Assembly: GCA_017861095.1 (NCBI GenBank)
Contig: JAGFXI010000004.1
Span: 1-31,298, forward strand
DNA length: 31,298 nt
Direction of reading: 5' to 3'
DNA from: Deltaproteobacteria bacterium
Lineage (GTDB): Bacteria > Desulfobacterota > Syntrophobacteria > BM002
The notes under the pieces are model-generated. The model had not been told where the DNA came from and did no database searches. It saw nothing but the letters and a program-made list of their open reading frames with translations. This document shows positions 10,319 through 18,410 of the stretch, piece after piece. Each line of letters starts with the position of its first letter. The first letter of the stretch is position 1. Both the position numbers and the translations under genes were made by a program.

Positions 10319-11366
10319 CATCGCCGTAATCCCCGGGGACGGCACCGGACCTGAAGTCGTGGCCGAGGGTCTGAAGGCCCTAGCCGCCGCTGCGAGGAAG
10401 ACCGGCTTCAAGCATCAGCTGGCTCATTATGACGTGGGTGGTGCGCGCTACCTCAAGACCGGGGAGACCCTCCCCGACTCCGTCATGGACGAACTCAAGG
10501 GCATGGATGCCATCTTCCTCGGCGCCATCGGCCATCCCGAGGTTGTCCCGGGAATCCTTGAGCGCGGCATTTTGTTGAAAATTCGCTTCGAACTCGACCA
10601 ATATGTGAACCTTCGACCGGTGATCCTCTACCCGGGGGTATGGACCCCCCTCCGCGACAAGGGCCCCGAAGACATCAACTTCGTCGTGGTCCGGGAGAAC
10701 ACGGAGGGGCTGTATGCAGGGTCCGGTGGCTTCTTCAAGAAGGGAACCCCCGATGAGATCGCCATCCAGGAATCGGTGAACACCCGGAAAGGGGTCGAGC
10801 GCTGCATCCGCTTTGCCTTCGACTACTGCCGTCGACAGGGCCGCCGCAAGGTCACCCTGTGCCATAAGACGAACGTACTCAACTACGCCGGCGACATCTG
10901 GGAGCGAGCCTTCAGTGATGTGGCTAAGCAGTACCCGGACATCCAGATGGACTACGCCCACACTGACGCCGTCTGCATGTGGATGGTGAAGAACCCCGAG
11001 TGGTTCGACGTGATCGTGACCGACAACCTCTTCGGCGACATCATCACCGATCTCGGGGCCATGATCCAGGGCGGCATGGGGATCGCCGCGGGCGGTAACA
11101 TCAACCCTCAGGGTGTCTCCATGTTCGAGCCCATCGGCGGCTCCGCCCCCAAGTATACGGGCAAGAACATCATCAACCCCCTCGCCGCCATCGCTGCCGC
11201 CGCCATGCTCCTTGAGAACTTGGGGGAAGAAGACGCAGGCTGGCGGGTGGAGGACGCCGTCAGAAAGGTTGTGGCCCAGGACCTCAAGAGCCTCGCCGCC
11301 GGCCAGATGGGCTACAGCACCACCGAGGTCGGCGACCTCGTCGTGAAATACATAGACCAAGGCTGA
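10302..11366 (+). CDS. leuB: 3-isopropylmalate dehydrogenase
   Basis: [54 protein letters not shown]. Follows leuCD. Confidence 0.93.
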   Translation: MAKSYNIAVIPGDGTGPEVVAEGLKALAAAARKTGFKHQLAHYDVGGARYLKTGETLPDSVMDELKGMDAIFLGAIGHPEVVPGILERGILLKIRFELDQYVNLRPVILYPGVWTPLRDKGPEDINFVVVRENTEGLYAGSGGFFKKGTPDEIAIQESVNTRKGVERCIRFAFDYCRRQGRRKVTLCHKTNVLNYAGDIWERAFSDVAKQYPDIQMDYAHTDAVCMWMVKNPEWFDVIVTDNLFGDIITDLGAMIQGGMGIAAGGNINPQGVSMFEPIGGSAPKYTGKNIINPLAAIAAAAMLLENLGEEDAGWRVEDAVRKVVAQDLKSLAAGQMGYSTTEVGDLVVKYIDQG

Positions 11367-11409
11367 GCCGAAGTCTCCCCGTTAGTCCTTGCCATCGCAT
11401 GCCAACCAA

Positions 11410-11432
11410 GGGCCTTCGGGCCCCCGTTTCTT
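11410..11432 (+). terminator. putative intrinsic terminator after leuB
   Basis: GGGCC-TTCG-GGCCC (cUUCGg tetraloop) followed by a short, imperfect T-rich tract, 43 nt after the leuB stop. Confidence 0.45.
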
Positions 11433-11747
11433 GACCGTCTGCACCTGGCCCAGCGACGCTCAGAAAGGTCTGAATTCTTTCATCTCTGACGCAAAATGGT
11501 AACCTCCCCGCCCGAAAAGGGCACCCTTTCCCCGCCGAGCTCTCCTGCAGGAACCCAGCCCATCCCGGGTAAAGTAGACTAGAGAAAACGGCAGGTTACC
11601 TGCGAAGTATGGGGTTGGGACGCCGTCCCCACCCTCGTCGGTTTCGTGTGGCACATCGCTTGCTTGAATCCGTCCCCGTCAGAGACGCATTTTTGCATCC
11701 GTGTGGTTTCATTCGAAGAGCTCACTCACACCTCACTAGGGAGAGCT

Positions 11748-12950
11748 ATGGGAAAGAAGATTATTCAATTGATATGTTTGGGGATTGCGTTATTGATCGT
11801 GCAGCCCGCGGCATTTGAAGCCTCGGAGATCCTGCCGAAGCCTGACCCCTTCCCCGTGTATCCCTGTCTGCAGACGAACGTCGATTTCTGGAAAAAGGTC
11901 TATACCGAGTACACATTGGAGCAAGGCATCATCCATGATAGTTGGAATCTCGCCATTATCTATGAGGTTATCGACCTGGAAGATGCCGACCGACCTGGCG
12001 CCTTTATGATCAACAAGAAGCGGATAAAGCGAGCCGAAGAGAAATACAAGAGTATCTTGACTAAGCTTGCCCGAGGCAGTTTCCCATCATCGCCCGAGGA
12101 GCAGCGGGTTGTCGACCTGTTCGGACCGGCTGCGACGCGCCAGGATTTCGAGCAGGCCCGACGCAACATGCGTTGTCAGCTCGGTCAGATGGACCGGTTC
12201 CAGGAAGGAATCATCCGTTCGGGTGCCTATCTCGAGCAGATCAAGGCGGTCTTTGAATCGTACAGCCTTCCCGCCGATTTGGCGTATCTCCCCCACGTGG
12301 AATCATCTTTCAACCATAAAGCCCACAGTAAATCTCGGGCTGCCGGTATCTGGCAGTTCACCCGGCCTACCGGCAAGAGATTCCTCAAGATCGGCCAAGA
12401 GCTCGATGAGCGTCGGGATCCACTCGTTTCCTCCAACGCCGCCGCAAGATTGCTCAGGGAGAATTATCGAGTGCTCAGAGATTGGCCCATGGCTATTACC
12501 GCCTACAATCACGGGCTCGGTGGCATGGTGAGGGCAAAGCGGGCCAAGAAGAACTACGAGGCAATCTTCAGCGACTACAGGAGCAGATCCTTCAAGTTCG
12601 CCTCCCGCAATTTCTATTCAGAGTTTCTAGCAGCCCGCGATGTGGCGAAGAGCTATCGCCAGTATTTTGGTGATATCGAGCTGGAGAATCCACCGAGCAT
12701 CCATGAGGTTGTGGTAGGAAACAAGGTCCCGGTCAAGGATCTTGCCCGCCATTTCAATGTAAATGTGGCTGATATCAAGAACCTCAATCCCTCCCTGAAG
12801 GAATCGGTCTACAAGGGTCAGACACCCCTTCCCAAAGGCTACACCTTGCGCTTGCCCCTGGCGACTCCGGTCGAGACTCAAGCAGCGCCTATCACCGAGT
12901 CCTTGACTGACCTCCAGGAGTCCCCGCGGGAATGGAACCTGATTCCTTAG
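11748..12950 (+). CDS. membrane-bound lytic murein transglycosylase D-like protein (SLT domain plus LysM)
   Basis: Signal peptide; LPHVESSF catalytic Glu, AAGIWQF, DERRDP, AITAYNHG; C-terminal LysM-like DLARHFNVNVADIKNLNP...LPKGYTLRLP. ATG 11748 follows GGGAGAG. Confidence 0.9.
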   Translation: MGKKIIQLICLGIALLIVQPAAFEASEILPKPDPFPVYPCLQTNVDFWKKVYTEYTLEQGIIHDSWNLAIIYEVIDLEDADRPGAFMINKKRIKRAEEKYKSILTKLARGSFPSSPEEQRVVDLFGPAATRQDFEQARRNMRCQLGQMDRFQEGIIRSGAYLEQIKAVFESYSLPADLAYLPHVESSFNHKAHSKSRAAGIWQFTRPTGKRFLKIGQELDERRDPLVSSNAAARLLRENYRVLRDWPMAITAYNHGLGGMVRAKRAKKNYEAIFSDYRSRSFKFASRNFYSEFLAARDVAKSYRQYFGDIELENPPSIHEVVVGNKVPVKDLARHFNVNVADIKNLNPSLKESVYKGQTPLPKGYTLRLPLATPVETQAAPITESLTDLQESPREWNLIP

Positions 12951-13132
12951 CCCGCATTACGCACGAGACGCCGTAGCGAGATCGTGGACATGGCCGTGCC
13001 ACCGGGCAACCACAGGGGCTCGGACCTGAGACGTACTTTTCAGCACGTCGCAAGGTGCGAGACCCGAAGACGCCCGGAAGGATGGCCAGATCCGCGGTCG
13101 CAGTAGACAGTTCTGCATAATGCGGGCTAAGG
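12945..13132. mobile_element. 188-bp MITE-like element with 19-bp terminal inverted repeats
   Basis: CCTTAGCCCGCATTACGCA (12945-12963) matches the reverse complement of TGCATAATGCGGGCTAAGG (13114-13132) at 18/19. Homologous ends occur at 25520-25536, 27275-27330 and 30692-30720. Confidence 0.75.
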
Positions 13133-13304
13133 GCCTCAAAAATGCCGGAACTCCTTGAGCTTTCACCAGCCACGCGAGACCGCCCATATAGCCCTCGAAC
13201 CTCCCGCCCCGTACTCTCCCTGAGAGGCTATGGTAGATTCCCACCGCCCGAGCCGGCTCTGCAACCGCCTGCTCGGTAACGGCATATGATCCTCCCTCAC
13301 GCCT

Positions 13305-13334
13305 TGTGACCGAGGCCGGGTTTCACTCGTATAT
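13305..13334 (+). promoter_or_regulatory. ECF-type promoter, copy A (TGTGAC-N18-GTATAT)
   Basis: TGTGAC 13305-13310, 18-nt spacer, GTATAT 13329-13334. Points at the Gln-rich peptide gene; one of four same-spacing copies. Confidence 0.8.
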
Positions 13335-13551
13335 AGTGTCGACCGCTCGGGATTCCCACATCGTGGCCCCCATGGCCCAGCGCCCGCTCTCCCTTCTCCC
13401 GCGGGAGCTGTGCCATGGGGGTCGCGAGGGAGTTCCGTCGAAAGGAGGTGAGACTTCGTTGCACCTCTCGCCACGGGTGAGGCGAGGGTTGTTTCTCCTA
13501 GGGGAGAACCAGTTTTTCTTGGCAGCAATATCGAAAGCAGGAGGAGATCTC

Positions 13552-13809
13552 ATGAAAAGGCTGGCTACGTTGGTTGGGGTTACTCTAGTAACGGTAGCGC
13601 TGTCCACCCCGTGTTTCGCTGGGCCTGCCCGTGACCGGATGCGGCAACAGGATCGAACCAGGGATCAGATACACCTTCAGACGCAGACTCAATCTCAGGA
13701 CCGCACCCAGAGTCGGGACAGGGTCCAGCAGGGCACCCAAAGCAGAGTCCAGGACCAGACGAAGACCCAAGACCAAATCCAGAAGAGGGATCGGCTCCAC
13801 CAGCAGTAA
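13552..13809 (+). CDS. small exported Gln/Arg/Asp/Thr-rich repeat protein (85 aa)
   Basis: AGGAGG RBS; signal peptide MKRLATLVGVTLVTVALSTPCFA; QDRT/QTQ/RDR repeats. Confidence 0.8.
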   Translation: MKRLATLVGVTLVTVALSTPCFAGPARDRMRQQDRTRDQIHLQTQTQSQDRTQSRDRVQQGTQSRVQDQTKTQDQIQKRDRLHQQ

Positions 13810-13854
13810 CAAGGTCGACAACGGAGAAAGCAAACCTTCTCTGACAAAAGACAA

Positions 13855-13883
13855 ACGGCAGGACATTCGCTGGGTCCTGCCGT
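13855..13883. terminator. bidirectional terminator between convergent genes
   Basis: Perfect 10-bp stem ACGGCAGGAC/GTCCTGCCGT with a 9-nt loop, A-rich on the left and T-rich on the right. Confidence 0.7.
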
Positions 13884-13910
13884 CTTGTTTCACAAAGGCG
13901 CCATCAAGAC

Positions 13911-14759
13911 CTACTTGCCGCTGCCGCCACCTCCACCTCCGCCTCCACCTCCGCCTCCACCTCCGCCGCCCCCACCTCCACCTCCGGCACCGCCACCTCC
14001 GCCGCCACCCGCACCACCGCCACTCCCACCGCCGCCACCGTTACCCATCCCCCCACCATCGCCACCAATCCCGGAACTGCCCATTCCCCCGCCATGGCCG
14101 CCCATCCCGGAACCGCCCATCGCCCCATGTGGCCCACCACTTTGACTCATGCCGGCGAAGCCTCGGCCCGACTGATGGGAACTCCCACCCATGGCCATTC
14201 CTCGCCCGAGACCAGGGCTGCCGGAGCCCAAGGCGGCCATGCCATGCTTTGGTGCTCCCCTTTCGGTCAGTTGCCGCATGGTTGCTTCCATGCGCTCTCT
14301 ATCCCTGTCTCGGTCCCTATCCTTGTCCCGGTCTCTATCCCTTGCTACGGATTGATCGCGGCCGAGTGCCCCTTTAGGCCCAATGCCCATGAGGCCGGGA
14401 TCCATTCCCAACTCTTGGGAAATTTGCCCCCATCCCATGCCGACGGCACGCATCGCGCCTATGTCCTTGGCATGAACACCGGCCACATGGGCAAGGCTCT
14501 GTTGCATGTGGCTCTCGGCAATCTGGTTGCGCTCCCGAGCGCGGCCGATGTCCATCTCGGTTCCCCGTTGTTTTGCTGCTTGCAGTGCCCGGCCGGTCTG
14601 CTCCACCTGCTGGTAGGCGGCCGCTAGGTCTGAGACAGCAGATATATCATTGGGTTTATCGGCCCAACTCACGTTGCTCAGCAGGAGTAGGGTTATCAAG
14701 AACGTGCAAACAACAATAGCCCATTCTAGCGCTCTCCCCTTCCGGAACCTGGCTTCCAT
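13911..14759 (-). CDS. exported protein with RD repeats and a long C-terminal poly-Gly tail (282 aa)
   Basis: Hydrophobic N-terminal signal ending VSWA-D, a helical core, RDRDRDKDRDRDRDRE (18-bp period DNA repeat at 14299-14342) and a Gly/Met/Ser tail. GGAG RBS; preceded by promoter copy B. Confidence 0.75.
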   Translation of the reverse strand: MEARFRKGRALEWAIVVCTFLITLLLLSNVSWADKPNDISAVSDLAAAYQQVEQTGRALQAAKQRGTEMDIGRARERNQIAESHMQQSLAHVAGVHAKDIGAMRAVGMGWGQISQELGMDPGLMGIGPKGALGRDQSVARDRDRDKDRDRDRDRERMEATMRQLTERGAPKHGMAALGSGSPGLGRGMAMGGSSHQSGRGFAGMSQSGGPHGAMGGSGMGGHGGGMGSSGIGGDGGGMGNGGGGGSGGGAGGGGGGGAGGGGGGGGGGGGGGGGGGGGGSGK

Positions 14760-14824
14760 GACACACTCCTTGTCTCTATCTTGAGGGTTATGCGAATGTC
14801 AGAACGGCCGCTCGATTCACTCAG

Positions 14825-14854
14825 ATATACTGTCTCGTCTCTCTGAACGTCACA
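14825..14854 (-). promoter_or_regulatory. ECF-type promoter, copy B (TGTGAC-N18-GTATAT)
   Basis: Plus strand reads ATATAC 14825-14830, 18 nt, GTCACA 14849-14854. Lies 65 nt upstream of the poly-Gly gene start. Confidence 0.8.
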
Positions 14855-14884
14855 TGGCTGACACACTTTTCCCGGTCGACCGTT

Positions 14885-15835
14885 TTACTTCTTGGTAGTG
14901 ACAAAAGATACGGATTCGTCGAGGAGGTAGACCCGATTACCGGTCTCGATTGTCTCCGCGTTCCCTTCCCCCCTGGCCTTGAGTCGGGACGAATGGATAG
15001 TTGGGAAGGATGTCAAGAGCCAATCGCGTACCGCTCCGGCCCTAGCCGTTGCCTGAGGGGCGTTTCCTCGCACGTAAGCGACAATTTCCAGTTTGATCTC
15101 TTCGTTGATCTTCAAGATACTGCCAATGACCTCGAGGGAAAACTCGCCCCGGGAGATTGCTTTGGTCGACCCGGGAGCAAAGGCGATCGCCTCTAGAGGG
15201 ACCCGCCGGTAGCCGATGGCAAAATTGCGATAGGAGAAGTCGCCGAGTTCGTTGAGATGATCCACGGCACGGAGCGCCCATTTGCCATCAGGGTAGTACT
15301 TCACATACCCATTCCAAGCATCGACGGCCTCAGTGACTCTCCTTGATTCATTGAGAGCCAACCCTCTGTTGTAAAGCGCCTCCGGGTTGTACGGGTCTAG
15401 GCCAAGCACCTTCTCGTACTGGCGGAGGGCCATCTCCGGTCGTCCCCCATCAAGAAAATTGTGTCCCAGATACAGGCGGGCCGGGATGTAGTCCGGGTCT
15501 GCCGCTAGCGCGCGGAGATAGCTCGTGCGTTCCGCTTCAAAATCCCTGACCGCCCAATGGCCGACTCCGAGCCAGAAACAATACTCGGCACGGCGCGGCT
15601 CTAGCTCTGCCGCTCGTCGTAAAAAAGGCAGGGCCTGCTCGGGTTTTTCCTCAGCAAGATAGAAGCGGCCGAGATAGTAGTTCGCCGCCGGATCGTCCGG
15701 ATGAGCGCGCACTTCCTGATCGAAGTGGCGTACGCCATCCTCGTACTGTTCACTCGCGAGATAGTATCTTCCCAGCATAGTCGAGCAGCCCACGAGGCTC
15801 ACGAGCAGCCAGAGACCGAGCCACCTCAGATACAT
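14885..15835 (-). CDS. TPR-repeat lipoprotein with a degenerate C-terminal OmpA-like domain
   Basis: Lipobox LVGC; TPR patterns (ANYYLGRFYL...A..FLRRAAELEP, ARLYLG, ALYNRGLAL); C-terminal F..GS...L..I..IL...ARAGAVRDWL...RLKARGEG. GGAGG RBS before ATG 15835. Confidence 0.8.
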   Translation of the reverse strand: MYLRWLGLWLLVSLVGCSTMLGRYYLASEQYEDGVRHFDQEVRAHPDDPAANYYLGRFYLAEEKPEQALPFLRRAAELEPRRAEYCFWLGVGHWAVRDFEAERTSYLRALAADPDYIPARLYLGHNFLDGGRPEMALRQYEKVLGLDPYNPEALYNRGLALNESRRVTEAVDAWNGYVKYYPDGKWALRAVDHLNELGDFSYRNFAIGYRRVPLEAIAFAPGSTKAISRGEFSLEVIGSILKINEEIKLEIVAYVRGNAPQATARAGAVRDWLLTSFPTIHSSRLKARGEGNAETIETGNRVYLLDESVSFVTTKK

Positions 15836-15962
15836 GCGTTCCTTTCCTCCATGCCGGACGGGAAAGATCCGGCCCCGTGTGTCAGTCCCTCTTCGAGTGC
15901 CCTTGACCGCCAACGCCAAGGGATGGTCTCGCCCTGCGAAGGTCTCCTCACTCGTATCCCTG

Positions 15963-16751
15963 TCACGGCCCGCGACGGAGATCTCGGCTGGTGAAGCCAA
16001 GGGCGTACATGAGTTCCCGCAGGTCGCGCTTCTCTTCCAGGGCTGCTACCGTCGCCTCGGCTATCTGCTCACCGGAGATTCCCTTAGCTCGGGCGGCGAC
16101 GACCACCTTCGCAAGATAGCGCCACGATGGCGTGAACCCCTTCAGGCGGAGACCGGTCATGAGCATCCGGTTGATGAGATCCGCCTTCAGGTCGGTTTGC
16201 TTCAGTAAGGCAAGATTATCCACCGCGATGGCAAGCATAGCCGAAGGCACCGGTGGAGCGGTCTCCATAAAACGCTCGAGCTCCTGCCGCGACACTCCGG
16301 CACTGAGGCTGTCCACCAAGACCGTGAGGTCCTCGGCCGGGAGAGCCCCGGAAGCCTTCACAGGTCCTTGACGGCGGACGAGGTCCTGAACGAACCGGTA
16401 GTCATCGATTTTCTGCTCCAGGGCGATAGCAATCGACTTTGGAGGTATGCCCTTCGCTAGGCCCTCCTCGATCTTTAACAGAAAAGGCTCCACGGCGAGA
16501 TCGTTCGTCCGGGCCAACCGAAGCGTGGTCAAAAAATTGCTGACGTACTGCGGCGACAGCCGACGTTCCAAGCTAAGGGCGAGAACCCGGTTCAGCACAA
16601 CCTCGGGTACCCCCGCAGCGCGTGCCGCCTGCGTCGCTTCGGCAATGCCCTGCTCCGTGCCCTGGGCCTTCGCCCCTGCAGGACCAAGGCAGATCGCCAT
16701 GACCAGGAAAAATACGATGATTATGACAAGAGCCTCAGACTTCCCTCTCAT
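15963..16751 (-). CDS. exported all-helical hypothetical protein (262 aa)
   Basis: Signal peptide ending AKA-Q. Start overlaps the anti-sigma stop by 17 nt, consistent with translational coupling. No catalytic motif recognised. Confidence 0.75.
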   Translation of the reverse strand: MRGKSEALVIIIVFFLVMAICLGPAGAKAQGTEQGIAEATQAARAAGVPEVVLNRVLALSLERRLSPQYVSNFLTTLRLARTNDLAVEPFLLKIEEGLAKGIPPKSIAIALEQKIDDYRFVQDLVRRQGPVKASGALPAEDLTVLVDSLSAGVSRQELERFMETAPPVPSAMLAIAVDNLALLKQTDLKADLINRMLMTGLRLKGFTPSWRYLAKVVVAARAKGISGEQIAEATVAALEEKRDLRELMYALGFTSRDLRRGP

Positions 16752-17364
16752 CGTCTCCGCCCACCAAAATGATGGAGTTCCGGTTGCCAAAGCCATCGCT
16801 TTCCACGAAGGGTGAGCGGGGATCAGCCACCACGAGGCGGCCGTCTACAAGAAAGGCGTAACGGTAGCGACCCTCCGGAAGCTGGATCTTAAGCATCCAG
16901 AGCCGCCCTTCTGCCGTGGGCCGCATCTCGAACCCCGCAGGGCTCCACTCGTTGAATGAACCGATCAGGCTTACGGTATGGGCGCCAGGAGACTCGAGGG
17001 TAAAGACCACCGGGACCCGCTTCACGGTCTCCTGTTTCGCACCACGGAGCGCGGGTTGCCTCGGCGCGATGACCGTGCCGACCGCTACGACGAGCGCGGC
17101 TACCACTGCCGCCGCGGGAATGAGCTTCATGGGTGAGATGCTGAGTGTGTGCGGCGTGTGGAGCCAGAGGTACAAACGCCTCCAGGCGGAGATCCTCTTC
17201 GGCGCCAAGGATTCAAGAATCCTCCCGACCAGATCGGGCGGGGGCTCACGATCCGGCAGCCGCCGCAGCATCCGCTCGAGCAGGAGAAGCTCCTCGCTCC
17301 CTTGAGTTTTTCGCTCGTTCTTGGCCCGCCGGGGCGGGGACGGGCAGTCTTCAGGCTTCTTCAT
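16735..17364 (-). CDS. putative anti-sigma factor with one TM helix and a C-terminal CBM48/AMPK-beta-like (E-set) domain
   Basis: Starts 2 nt after the sigma stop. N-terminal LRRLPDREPPPDLVGRIL, TM AAAVVAALVVAVGTV, then VSLIGSFNEW...LPEGRYRYAFLVDG...DP...DGFGNRNS. Confidence 0.85.
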   Translation of the reverse strand: MKKPEDCPSPPRRAKNERKTQGSEELLLLERMLRRLPDREPPPDLVGRILESLAPKRISAWRRLYLWLHTPHTLSISPMKLIPAAAVVAALVVAVGTVIAPRQPALRGAKQETVKRVPVVFTLESPGAHTVSLIGSFNEWSPAGFEMRPTAEGRLWMLKIQLPEGRYRYAFLVDGRLVVADPRSPFVESDGFGNRNSIILVGGDDEREV

Positions 17365-17366
17365 GG

Positions 17367-17912
17367 TCAGCTCCCTTTGAGGCGCTGGCGCAGCATTTCC
17401 AGGCCGCGATTCAGCCGCATCTTGGCAGCGCTCAATGAAATACCGAGCGCCCGGGCGACATCGCGAATGGGCAGATCCTCGTGGTACCGAAGAAGCAAGG
17501 CCCCCCGGTAACCTAAAGGCAGCTCACCCAGGGCACGGTCCAGGTGGTCGTTGTCGAGCCGGTCGCAGAGACGGTCCTCTTCCTCATGAGGCGAACATGT
17601 GGCATTTGACCACAGCGAATTCTCGTCGCAGGGCACCGACGGCTTCCTTTTCCGCTGAAAATCCCGGGCGTGATTGAGCCCGATAGCGTACAGCCAGGGG
17701 AAAAACTTTGCTCCCGGCCGAAACCGCTCGAGATGTTCGTAGGCCTTTATGAAGGTCTCCTGGGCGAGGTCCGCAGCGAGATCAACAGAACCGCACATCC
17801 GATACATGAGATTGTAGATGGGCCTCTGATACCTGCGCACCAGAATGGCAAAGGCGTCCACGTCTCCCCTCAACACCCGGTTAATTGCGTTTTGTTCGTC
17901 GACTGTATCCAT
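17367..17912 (-). CDS. ECF-family RNA polymerase sigma factor
   Basis: GDVDAFAILVRRY, DLAQETFIKAY, F.PWLYAIGLNHARD (region 2); ALLLRYHEDLPIRDVARALGISLSAAKMRLNRG (region 4). Start placed at ATG 17912. Confidence 0.95.
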   Translation of the reverse strand: MDTVDEQNAINRVLRGDVDAFAILVRRYQRPIYNLMYRMCGSVDLAADLAQETFIKAYEHLERFRPGAKFFPWLYAIGLNHARDFQRKRKPSVPCDENSLWSNATCSPHEEEDRLCDRLDNDHLDRALGELPLGYRGALLLRYHEDLPIRDVARALGISLSAAKMRLNRGLEMLRQRLKGS

Positions 17913-18038
17913 ACGCGGTGTACTGGAGACGAGCAGGGCGCGCAAACGATACCCAATCGGCCTCAAGCGGATAGAAGAACCCCCGCCCTCACCCCATCCA
18001 TCGAAAGCGGGAACCCACAAGACACAAAATACCGATTA

Positions 18039-18068
18039 ATATACGAGCTGGAACCTCTCCGGGTCACA
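18039..18068 (-). promoter_or_regulatory. ECF-type promoter, copy C (autoregulatory, sigma operon)
   Basis: Plus strand reads ATATAC 18039-18044, 18 nt, GTCACA 18063-18068; on the minus strand CCATGTGAC-N17-CGTATAT. Confidence 0.85.
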
Positions 18069-18410
18069 TGGTAGCGGGTTCCCAAGAAAGAGACTCACTC
18101 ACCGCAGACGGCCCGCCCCTTGCCCGGGTGAGCGACTGAGCTCAATAACCCTTGTGACCTACCTGATCTTTTTCACTCACGAAGACCGGCCAAATATTAT
18201 AGGTGCCCCTTTGCTGGTTAGACAAGTTATATCACTGACTCATGCCGCTTATATGGCTCCTATTCTCAGGGCGTAAGTCTATAAGGCCACCGAGAAGTTT
18301 CAGTTTTTCCTTGGGCCCCTCCTGGACTCCTGAAGATCCTTCACCGTACAGCCGCGCCTTCTGAACGGTGAGATTTTTGGGGTATGCGGAGCCTCGATTG
18401 AAAAAAAGTT

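Noticed and set aside
3146-11360. Long antisense ORFs (3146-4942, 8358-9596, 10380-11360 and similar)
   Set aside because: They are shadows of well-identified genes in GC-rich DNA and have no recognisable motifs.
11480-11605. GACGCAAA and GGTTACC fragments suggesting a c-di-GMP or c-di-AMP riboswitch
   Set aside because: Element order and the GNRA-capped first stem do not fit either consensus. Kept only as an unassigned structured leader.
13885-14145. Poly-proline ORF on the plus strand
   Set aside because: It is the antisense mirror of the poly-Gly tail (GGN read as NCC). It has no RBS and overlaps the terminator, whereas the minus-strand gene has a signal peptide, RBS and promoter.
13915-14345. 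CRISPR array or VNTR interpretation of the tandem repeats
   Set aside because: The repeats are codon-phase Gly and Arg-Asp tracts within a CDS and have no unique spacers. No CRISPR, tRNA or rRNA was recognised anywhere in the window.
17913-18020. N-terminal extensions in the ORF track (sigma to 18020, TPR to 16000, mltD from 11646, DUF465 from 3155, uppP to 20568, S51 to 26875)
   Set aside because: The extensions lack family similarity, overlap promoters or neighbouring genes, and better starts exist downstream.
18001-18090. c-di-GMP-I-like GGTAGCGGGTT and the GGGAACCC/GGGTTCCC inverted pair
   Set aside because: The upstream GGCAAAC-GAAA-GGACGCAAA core is absent. The two arms straddle promoter C, so they would not share the sigma transcript.
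18153-18182. Fifth TGTGAC near the ECF promoters (also at 1197-1202 and 5800-5805)
   Set aside because: No GTAT follows at 18 nt (TCACGA, GGGGCG and ACGGAG instead). The 18153 site shares TTTCACTC with copy A and may be degenerate, but it is not counted.
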